From positions 310,001 through 374,000 of the forward strand of contig JAPMXV010000042.1 of assembly GCA_026936335.1 (NCBI GenBank): a DNA stretch of 64,000 nt, read 5' to 3'. Positions 22,534 to 32,839 of this stretch are shown one piece after another. A program made the position numbers and the translations under genes. The DNA is from Mantamonas sphyraenae STR306. Its lineage: Eukaryota; Protista; CRuMs. Numbering within the stretch: position 1 is the first letter of the stretch; every line of letters starts with the position of its first letter. Under the pieces are notes generated by a model. That model did no database searches and had not been told where the DNA came from. It worked only from the letters and a program-made list of their open reading frames with translations.

Positions 22534-24460
22534 TCACGACTCGTCGCTGAGCACCGATTCGACATCCAGCTCCATCTCCATGTCGTGCATCATCTGCTTG
22601 CGCAGCATGGTCGTCGACACACCCTCGGTGTACTCCAGAAACTGCACCTTCATGTGCTGCTCGACAAACTCGCGTCCGGGAAAGTTGATCATGTCGTTGC
22701 CCCGCACGTAGGTCTTGGACTCCGTTTTGGCAAACTTGAGCGCGTCGGCGATGAACGGGGTCGGGTCGGTGCCGTTGACTGCATACACACGCACAGTGTC
22801 AAACACGGTGGAGGCGTAATCGTACACGTTCTTCAGCCGTTCCTTCGTCGAATCCATCGTCTTGCGATTCTTCAGAATCTCGATGGACTTGTCGTCGTGG
22901 ACACCAACCACCAAGTGTTGTCCCTTCTGCCTCATACGGTTGATCAGCTTGCGATGGCCCGAATGGAAAAGGTCGAAGCAACCCACGGTGAACACTGTTG
23001 TCTCGTTCATCTTTTGCAGCTGCAAGTCCCTTTCCTTCAGTGCCGTGTGCACCACACTTGTGCCCAACAGCGTCAGAGCAAACTTGGTCACTGTGGAAAC
23101 ACCGTGCGTGGTGGTGTGAGGTGTGAGTTGGGTCGTGGCGAGAGGCCGTTTTGGCTTATCGCTTGCTCTGCTTCCCCACCAGGCAGCGGATGGCTTTCTC
23201 CAGCCAATGCAACTCACTTGCACGGTCCAGCAACACGCCTTCTTCTGTGGCGTACACCAGCACCATGACAGCCACGGTGTCCAACATGTCTTTGGACTTT
23301 TCAAATTCTTCTCGCAACGAACGATACACCTTCATCCACTTGGTCTCCTCCCTGCGCGTGTGCTTCTCCAGATGGTAGATCTGCACAGTGGGCCATGGTC
23401 AACACAAGGCGTGGCGTGGTAGTCGCCAAGCGGTCACGCGTGCATGTGCGTGCATAGCATTGTGTGTGGGGTCAGCGGACGTACCGGGTGTCACGGGGGG
23501 GGGGTTGCGCTGCAAAAGCAAGTTCACGCGAAACACCCAAAACGCGACAAAACTTACCCGAACTTTCTTGGAGTACATGTAGAATTGGGCGAGGATGAAC
23601 ACCGTGATGGTGGACACGTAGAAGAGGGAGTCCAGCACGTCAAACTGCGTATAGTCCTTGGCCACCATCAGGGTGTACAGAGTAAACATCTTGACAATCT
23701 GGCTCACAGCAACGTCCAGGAACATCCCGCGTAGGTTGTTGTCCACGTCGCCATACTTCCTCCTGTGCATCTTGGCCACAAAGTCGTCTTGGGCATGCGC
23801 AGAGGGCAGTGTCAGCACACGGCAGCGGCAGAAGACACGTGGGTGGTGTGTCTGGGCAAGAAGGTGCGACAACTCGGGTTTGCTTACCGAGCAGATCCAT
23901 GATCTCGTGGATAACCATGACGAGTGCCGCGTGTTCGAACCGGCCCAGTTTGATAAATATGCAGATTGGAAAGAGAAGGAGAGAGCGCAGAAACGTCAGG
24001 CGGACGGCGCTCAACACGGTGTACTCGCGGCTTCCGACTTGGACACTACGTGGAATCCTGTGCATGCAGAGACGCCGTGGACACACACACGCACGCCCCA
24101 CGCACCGTTGCATGTGTACACGATCGTGTGTGTCAGTGACTCGTTTCACCAATGTGTCGACGTCGTCTTTGGTCTTTGAGCAGACAACAACAACCCTCCG
24201 AAAAAAGACACAACGTACGATTCCACCAAGGGCCGGCTCAGCACATGGACAGGCTCTCGAAACACAACATTGACGACCTGAGCCTGCATTTCGTGACGCC
24301 AGTGGCGTTTCGCACGTACATCCACATGTCCATGCCCACGTGTCAGTACCGCTGCCCTACACACCCCTCCCCTATGTTGTCGCCCCGCTCCAGTCTCTTT
24401 GTGCCCGTCACGTACAAAGCCCACAATCGTGTAATCCATCAATGCAGCCAGCTTGGACAT
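22534..24460 (-). CDS. Fusion of a degenerate CDP-alcohol phosphotransferase domain with a C-terminal cytidylyltransferase domain (~6 exons)
   Basis: Multi-TM N-part with DLLDDFVAK...GMFLDVAVS (altered CDP-AP motif). C-part [14 protein letters not shown]...VVGVHDD...YVRGND...[10 protein letters not shown] is a TagD/ECT-type HxGH nucleotidyltransferase. Confidence 0.82.
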
Positions 24461-24639
24461 CGTGGCTGCAGTTCTCTGTGGATTCCTTCTTGTCTTGGCT
24501 GCGTTTTCGCGCAGCCTGCCCCCGCCCCCTGTCCTGTGCACTGTGCACAACTTGCTCTTCTCCTTCCGTCATCTTCCTCCTCCATCGACAGGTGTCTGGT
24601 CTGCGATGTTTGTTCGCGCTGGTGCATGCAGCCCAAAAC

Positions 24640-26046
24640 ATGTGCGTTGTCTGCCCAGCAAAAGTCTTGCCCACTACACGCATCACGCACACACGCTCAC
24701 GCTCACACCTGCCGCAGGAAGCCCATTCTTCTCAAGGGACATAGCCGCCCGCTTACGCAAATCAAGTTCAACCGAGACAGCGATCTGCTGTTCTCCTGTG
24801 GCAAGGACAAGGTGCCGTCGGTGTGGTATGCCAGTGATGGCACCCGCCTCGGCACCTTTGAAGGCCACAATGGAGCCTGCTGGGGCCTCGATGTCAGCTG
24901 TATGTTTTTGTCCACGGCCTCCATGCTCAGCACCACCTTTCTTTCCACGTATTGGTGTTCCCCGCACCTGCCCACCAGCCAGTGCGGTCCGCCAAAGGCC
25001 AAGGGCGACTTTCACGGAAAAGGCCTTCGCTGTGCATTCGCTTCCCGCGTTGCTCGACACTCTCTGGCTCACACACACACACACACACGCACCTCTTGAC
25101 CATGCTCACCTCAACAGACGACAGCAACTATCTGGTCACCGCTTCCGCCGACAACACAGCCAAGCTTTGGGAGGTGAACGGCGGCAAATGCCTGTACACG
25201 TTCGATCATCCCACAGCCGTGCGCTCTGTGGCCTTCAACATGGCTCAGAACCTTCTCATCACCACCAACGACAAGCGCATGAACTACTACTCCGACGTGC
25301 GCATCTTTGACATCGCAGACATGGACAACTGTGCGTTGGGTGTCCAGTGAAAGCGGGACCCACACAGCCCAAAGCCCTACTGACACCTCGCTTCCTGAAA
25401 CAACTTCCCCCCCCCCCCACCACCACCAACCACAGTGTCGAGCGAACCCATGGATGTGATCAAGGCGCCGCTGGAGGATGGTGTCAAGATCAACCACGTC
25501 GCATTTGGTCCTCTGGACGAGACGATTGTCATGTGCGGCGACGACAACACCGTGCGTGTGTACGACGTGGAGACCATGCAGGAGATCGGTATGATCGACG
25601 ACCACACCGCCAAGGTCAACACCTTTTCCTTCTCGCTGGATCAGAGCTACTTTATCACCGCTTCGTCGGACAACACCTCGCGCATGTACGATACAAAGAC
25701 GCTCAAGCACCTCGCCACTTTCACCACGGAGCGTCCCATCAACTCAGCAGACGTGTCACCCGTGGCCCCGCACGTCATTTTGGGTGGTGGTCAGGAGGCC
25801 ATGGATGTCACTACCACCGACACACGCGTTGGCAAGTTTGAGGTCCGCTTCTTCCACATGGTTTACGGCGACGAGCTCGGCTCCGTCAAGGGCCACTTCG
25901 GTCCCATCAACACCGTCGCCTTTAGCCCGGACGGCAAGACGTATGCCTCGGGCGCAGAGGACGGGTACGTGCGTATGCACCACTTTGACGACGACTACTT
26001 CAAGACCGTCGCCAAGGAGGAGTGGGACTGGGCCTTGGCCAAGTGA
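24640..26046 (+). CDS. EIF3I: Eukaryotic translation initiation factor 3 subunit I (WD40; 4 exons)
   Basis: [31 protein letters not shown]..., [53 protein letters not shown]. The start codon appears split by an intron (AT|G). Confidence 0.96.
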
Positions 26047-26155
26047 GCAGCAACGCAAACAATGCAACAAAACAACACTGTTCTTTTGGGGGGCTTTGTT
26101 CAAGCGTTGAACATTCCCATCGTGTGTGTGCATCGTGTGTGTGGACCTCTTCTTC

Positions 26156-29100
26156 TCAGCCCTGGATTTCCAGTCTGTTGACCTGCTTGCAGATCGGGCA
26201 CACCACCGTCGTGGCCGTGCGTGCCGTCTGCAGCTGAGTGCGACAGTTGAAACACATAAACTGCACCATTTGCACCTGTTGCTGTTGTGGCTGCTGTTGT
26301 GGCTGCGACATGCTTCCACTGCTTCCGCTGCCGCCGCTGCTGCTGCTGCTGCTGTTGGACGACGACCCCGAAGAATTGCCGGCTGACGGCGCAGACGGTG
26401 CCTGAGGAGGCGGATGGCTGGGCATCTGCATAGTGCTGCCACTGCTACCTCCGTTGCTGCTGCCTCCCTGCAGCTTCTCGTACAGGTTGTCGCCGTCGCC
26501 GCTGCCGCCACCGCCGTTGTTGCTGCCCTTCTTGCCTGCCAGATCGTGTGAGAGATCTGTGAGCATGTCTGCGCGCTGCATGCGTCGCACTGTACAAAAG
26601 TCCATGATTTCCTGGTGCAGCTTCTTCAGGATGCTGTGGAGATCCGCGTAAAACTGAGTCCCCTGGTCCATGTTGCCCTTGAGTTCCTTCCAGTCAGCAC
26701 ACGCGGTGTCCAGTGCCTGGAAGATGGCTTGCTTGCGATTCTGCGTCTCGTCGCACTCGCGCGCGTCCTCAAACGCTTGGTTCACCTCGCGGATCTTGTC
26801 CAGCAGTTCGCCCTGCACGCTCATATTAACCTCGATCACCGCCTGGAACTCGTCGTACTTGCGCAACTCCTCGCGGTACACCGTTTCGTACGTGGCCTTT
26901 GTTTTCATCAGCTTGGACACGACGTTGTCCGACATGCTCAGCTCGCGGATGCTGCTTTCGATTTCGTCGGCCTGTACCTTGTTCTCATGCAGCTGGTGCA
27001 GCAACAGCTTCAGTTGGTTTGTGATTTCCTTCACCTTGCTGCTACTCTCGCTGCTTTCGCTGGTGTCGGGCACCTCGCGTACAATTTCGCTCAGCGGCTG
27101 GCTGATCTTCAGGAACGCCTCTGCCTTGTCCTCCACCTTTTGGCGCAGAAAGTTGTCCGACTTGGCTGCGTGTGTCAAGTACTCCTCGTTGCGCCTCAGC
27201 TCAGCCTTAAAGTTGTCGTTCAGCTCGCGCGACGGCTTTCGCGTCCAACGATGAACGCCAAACTGCTCCCGCATGATCGAGTCCTCCTCCTCCTCCTCCA
27301 TCAGGGCCTTGGAGGCTTGTGCAAACACGTCTGCGTTGATTTCAGCCTGGCGTTGCATGCCCTTGAGTGCATCAAAAATGGCTGCGTTGCCTCCGCTGCG
27401 TTGCACCTCGCGGATCTTGTTTTCCAGGGCTTTGGGCAAGCCCTTGGTCACTTCCAGGGCCTCAATCGACGCAGGCAGGTTGAGTTCGGCCAACGCGGTC
27501 TTGGCCGAAGCTGTGCTTGCGTCCAGGGTGTCCAGCAGCTTGCGCACCACCTCGTCCTTGCGTGCTGAGTACACCGACACCGCCTCCATGACCTCCATGG
27601 GCACGAGCATACGAAACGGATCCAGGCCTGTGCCGAGCATCTTGTCATTCTCGTCGTCGTCGCCTGCGCTTTGGGAGGCGCCCAACGAGCCCGAGGACGA
27701 GCTGCCGGAACTGCCAGAGCCACTGGAGGACGATGATGAGGAAGAAGAAGAAGAAGAGGAGGAGGAGGAGGAAGATGACGCATTGCCCCCGAGACCAGAC
27801 AGCCCAACGTCCAGTTCCGAGACGGGAAGGATGGCGACCTCTGGACCCTCGCCGATGGCATCGAGCTTGTCTGCAGACGGCACCAGTTCCAGGTAGACCT
27901 TTGAATTGTCACGTTCAGCTTCCTCGTACTTTGCTTGGATCTCTGTGGCGAGTGCGTCGACCATGGTCTTTGTGGCGAGCTCGACGTGCTTGGCAGCGGC
28001 TGCAGAGACGGCATCGGCAATGAGAGAGTTGGCGAGAGTGTACCGTGCCACACAGGCACCATAGGCACCCTTTTCCTCGAGGGTGTTTGCGCACCGGTAG
28101 TTGGCGATGGCCTTGTAGGTGAGAGAGAGGGCGTACAGCTGCGGGAGCCAGCCCTTGGGAAGCACCTTGTTGAGCAGTTTTGTTTCCGAGCCTGTGGTGT
28201 ACGCGGCCTCGTACGCAATGGCAACGCGGTTGGCAGTTTTGGCCAGAAGGGTGTCCTTGGCGGAGGTGAGCAGGACGGTGGTGTACAGGCATTCTGCAGC
28301 CTGGGCGAACATGACGTCGCGCAGGTGCGCACAGACGTCTCGAGTGAGGTCGACGCTGGGGGAGATGGAGGAAGGCACCATGTCCATGGTGTAGTGAAAG
28401 AGGGAGCCAGCGACCTGGAGATGCTTGTAGGCGGCCTTGATGCCCGTGACGTCTTTGCGCGCACCTGCCGCACTCTGTGCGTTGTCGCTGAGGATGGCAG
28501 CGTAGTTGAAGACGACGGCAGCCTTTTCGTAACTGATGGACCAGGTGTAGAACTTCTTGGAGGTGAGAGCGTCCTTCCAGCGGAAGTTCATCTTGAGCTG
28601 CGGTGGGCAATTCACACGGAACGCCGAACCGGAAAACGGACGGCCGCAGCGGCGCAGCGGTGCAAGGGGAGACGGAGCGGGTCAGCAAAGGCGCTTGTAC
28701 GAAAGGCATCGATGACCACGGCAGCGTTAGGGCAACCTACGTTGGCCTCGTTGACGGTGAAGCGGGCAGAGACGAACGACAGCTGCTGGTAGTAACTGAA
28801 CGGGTTTTGGGGCGGTGAGAAAAGTGAGTTTGCGAGGCACAAGAGCGGAGCGGCGGGCTGCAGACCTGAAACAGATGCAGCAGGGCTTGGCGAGGAGGCA
28901 GGATGTACATCATGGACGCAAGCGTGGTGTGGAGGGGAATGGGAGTTTGGAGACGCACGTGAGGAGGGTCTGCTTGGACTTTTCGCTGGTGTCGCCATCC
29001 GACATGGTTTCCAACTCCTTGCGCAGGGTGTTGATGTTCTGGATGGCCTTGTCGTGTGCCAAAGCATCGCCTGCGCTGTAGTGAGCGGTGATGAAGCTCT

Positions 29101-29161
29101 TGAGAGGCTTGACCCAGTCGGTGGCCTGGGCTCTCTTCTGTGGAACTGCCAAGAAGGACAT
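26156..29161 (-). CDS. BRO1/ALIX-like ESCRT-associated protein (BRO1 + V domain) with C-terminal zinc ribbon (3 exons)
   Basis: MSFLAVPQKRAQATDWVKPLKSFI, FRWKDAL, YEKAAVVFNYAA, AQAAEC, AERDNSKVYLELVP, V-domain LNLPASIEA and QGTQFYADL. Confidence 0.92.
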
Positions 29162-29287
29162 GGTCGAGTGTCGGAAGGGTTTTGCCCCGTAGCGCATGGC
29201 AAGAGAGCAGAGAGCAGCAGCAATGCGACGTCGTGGATTATGCGGGGCAACGACGACGACGACTATATTTGTCTTTTGTGGCTGTGG

Positions 29288-32239
29288 TCACGTGGCTCGA
29301 GCGCGTTTGGCAGCTTCCATGGGCACTGTGGACGATTCTTCGTCGTGGGCCGTGTGGTTGCTGCCGGCGTGCTGCTGTGGCTGCCGTTCGCTCGCCTCTG
29401 CCTCCGCATCTTGATAAACATCGTCGACTGAACGCTTGCGAGTCATTCCCCGCTCGCAAGCGCGTCCGTCGGCGGATGGGTGTTGCTGCTGGTTGAGCTC
29501 GTCGTGCTCGTCGTGCTCTTGCACCTCTTCCTCCGTGTGTGCGTGTCCACGTTCGGGCCTGCCGACCATGCGTGCGCGGTGCGTGGGATGTACGCCCTGT
29601 TTGTCTGCTGGTGCTGCTGGTGGTGCTTGTGGTGGACATTGTGGTGCTGGTGCCGCTTGCAGCTGCGTCTCGCACACGTTGCCCTCGCCTGTGTGTGTGT
29701 GCACGCGAATGCACATTGCGATGGCGATGGTGATGATGGATGTGGGTGTGGTGGAGGTGGTGATTGCGCACGTGGGCCTGCTCGGTGCTGCCGTGGTCCT
29801 GTGAGCGCTGCTCGGTTGCCATGTCTTGCAGTTCCATGATTTCGCTGTTTGCAGCGAGTTCCTGGGCCACAGGTTGCGTAGGCTGTACAAAGGCGTGATG
29901 GAGACCGCAGAGAGCGCGCAGGGAGATGTGCTGATGCACAGAGGAGGAATCGACCTGGCGCAGGCGTTGCTGCTCAAGGTCGTACTCTTCCAGCAAAGTC
30001 TTGATGCGCTCCACCAAAGGCTGGTGGCTAACAGACGCGACCTGCTGGAGAGCCTCGGGCACATTTGCACAGTAGTGTGCGTCGTAGTGCTTGAGGTTGT
30101 CCAGAGTGCTGAGGGCGCGCACGGCGTCGATGGTGATGCCCGAACAGCGGGCCATGTACACAAACTCGAGCTTGCGGCACGAGGCGGAGAGGATGACAAA
30201 CGAGAGGTCGGTGATGTTGCGGCAGCGCGTGATGTCCAGATGGCTCAGCTCGGGGCACGCGTGTGCGACTGTGGTGAGCCCTGCGTCGGTGATGTGCTTG
30301 ACCTTGGAGAGGTTGAGCGAGCGAAGGTCGCGGCAAAACTCGGCCACGGCACACAGGGCATAGTCGGTGACACGAGGCAACCCAGCGAGCGAAATGCGCT
30401 CCAGGTTGCGGTTTGCAGCCACAATGACTTGCAGGCCGACGTCGGTGACCTCGGTGCAGTTGTCCAGCTCCAGCTTGCGCAGAGACGAGCAGCGGCGTGC
30501 CAGGCAAGCCAGGCCGTAGTCGCTGAAGCTGCAGAAACTCATCTGCAGCTCCTGCAGGTTCGAGGCCGCCCCGTAATCGACCATATAGCACAGCGAGGTG
30601 TCGTTGATGTTGTCTGAACAGACGTTGAGCTTCTCCAGCTTGCTGCAGTGATACAGCAGATAGCCCAGAGCGTGCGAGACGTTCAACAGGAAGCACTGCA
30701 GGGTGTACCATGTGTTTGTGTGTGTGTGCGTGTGTGGCACGGCAGGAGGCGTGTCCGGTGTGAGTGCCAAGCGTGGTGCAAAGGGTGGTGCTGTGGAAGT
30801 TCGAAGGGTCGCGAACCAACGTACTCCTTCCACGTCGAGCTCACGCAGCTCTGGGAAGCCCTCCAGCACGTCGCTGGAGATGAGAGCCTGCGGACAGATG
30901 CGCGGGCATCCCGACATGTTGAAGACTTGCAGTTTGCGGCAGCCTGTGATGAGCAGGGGTGTGAGAAAGGGCTTTGTCGGAACGAACGCAAAAAGGTTCC
31001 TTGGTACGACGAAAAGTTCCACGGAAAGGACACGCAGGGTTTGTGTGGACAACATACCTCGGGCAATGGACGCAATACCGGATCCGGTCAGATGGTGGTT
31101 CTTGGCAATGTTCAGATAGGTGAGGTTGGGTGCGTTGAGGCCGAGCACATGGCAGCCGACGTCGGTCAAGCGGCGGCAGCCGATGAGCGCGAGCTGTTCT
31201 AGACGCGGAAGAGTCGGCGACTGCATATGAGGGGACATGACAACATACACACATGAGAAGGGCACCCTTGATGTCAGTACGTGTGCGTGCGTGCGTCTGC
31301 ATGCATTATCACGATTCGCGTCGGTCATGCATGCATGTGGCGAACGCGAGGCGGCTGTGGAATGAAAGGCGCAAGGCACAGAAAAAAGAGCCCACAAAAA
31401 AAAAACGCCCGCTGTCCTTTGTGCACACTTACGTTCGGATAGCGGTTGCAGTTGGTGCAGTGACCAAACAGGCAGCACTCGCCGGTGACGCTGGTGAAGC
31501 TGAGATCCAGGTAGCGCAGGCTGGTGTGGGAATTGACCAGACCCGAGCTCAGCAAATGGTTCTTAACCCAGCGACACCCGGTCAAGTCCAGCTCCTCAAG
31601 CGCTGTACACTGCAGCAGAAAGTCCACAAACACGCGGTCTGAGATCACGTGGCAGTCCTGCAGCACAATGCGCCGCATGTGGCTTGACGCAAGGTCGCAC
31701 ATGACCTCCATGTGCGCGTCGCCCAGACGCGTCGCGTACCACCCCAGCGGCCGGAATTCGTGCCACAGGTGTTTCCTGCTCAGCAGATGTCGCCACAGCT
31801 TGCATACGCGGCGGCTGCGCAGCTTGTCCTCCATACTGAGCATGCTCAGGATGTGGTCTTGCACTTCCATCGGCAGGGCGCTGAACCCGCCGCTGCTCGA
31901 GTATCCGCCCACCAGAGTCGAGCCATTCTCCATTCCCGTCTTCCACAGCTCGTTCCCGTCCACGTGCACAACCGCTCCTCCGTACCTCGCCCCGTCCAAA
32001 GCCTCCGTGTCCATTTCCCCGGCCTCACTAAGCTCTTCAGGCGACAGTGTGCACTCGCTTGACGTTTCCGAGGCTTCGGTCTCCAGGAAACGGAAGGCGG
32101 CCCCATGCTCTGCAGTTTCCGACCCGTCTTGTGTTGCTGTGTCGCTCAGATATTCCACACTCATTCCTCCAGATTCTTCCAATGACACAGTCGCATGTTT
32201 GCCCAGTGGGGTCAACAATGCGGCGCTGTCAACTTCCAT
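29288..32239 (-). CDS. F-box/leucine-rich-repeat protein (FBXL-like); C-terminal frame uncertain (stop 29288 or 29238)
   Basis: F-box FSALPMEVQDHILSMLSMEDKLRSRRVCKLWRHL followed by cysteine-containing LRRs (CSSLRKLELDNCTEVTDVGL; CPELSHLDITRCRNITDLSF). At least 3 GT-AG introns. Confidence 0.88.
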
Positions 32240-32390
32240 GCTCCGTCCGCGCTTCCAGATGAGAAAAAGTTGGGGGGAGAGTTGCGGAATTGGATGTGGC
32301 GGAGCCGGCGCAGGTCGAGGCAAAGGCAAGACTCGTCCTCGCTTGTCTCAATCCCGTTGCTCCGCATCCTGCACACCATCCGCACTCTCC

Positions 32391-32759
32391 ATGGCCTCAA
32401 ATAGCACCACCACGTCGTCTGCCTCCACCCCGGCTGCCGGAAGCCCCAATGGCACCGCAGCAGGGACGACACAGGTCGACCAGCAGAAGCAGAAGCAACA
32501 GAAGCCGCCCAAGACCTTCTCTCTCAAAGAGATTGCCAAGCACAACACAGACGAGGATTGCTGGATCATCATGAACGGCAAGGTATACGACGTCACCGAG
32601 TATGTGTACGATCACCCGGGCGGAGACATCATTGCCCAGAATGCGGGCGGCGAGTCGACGGCCCTGTACGACGACATTGGTCACTCGGAAGAGGCGGACG
32701 GACTGCTGGTCAAGTTTTACATTGGCGATGTGGCCACCACACAAAAGGCCAAGGTGTGA
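32391..32759 (+). CDS. Cytochrome b5 (soluble, no tail anchor)
   Basis: TFSLKEIAKHNTDEDCWIIMNGKVYDVTEYVYDHPGG...GHSEEA...FYIGDV, with both heme-ligand His residues. Confidence 0.93.
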   Translation: MASNSTTTSSASTPAAGSPNGTAAGTTQVDQQKQKQQKPPKTFSLKEIAKHNTDEDCWIIMNGKVYDVTEYVYDHPGGDIIAQNAGGESTALYDDIGHSEEADGLLVKFYIGDVATTQKAKV

Positions 32760-32839
32760 CGTGTCCATGATAGTCGTCTCTTGGAGCACGACGAAAACGC
32801 GCGTGCCGCGGCCTTTGCTGCGTTGCCTGCCCGGCCGCC

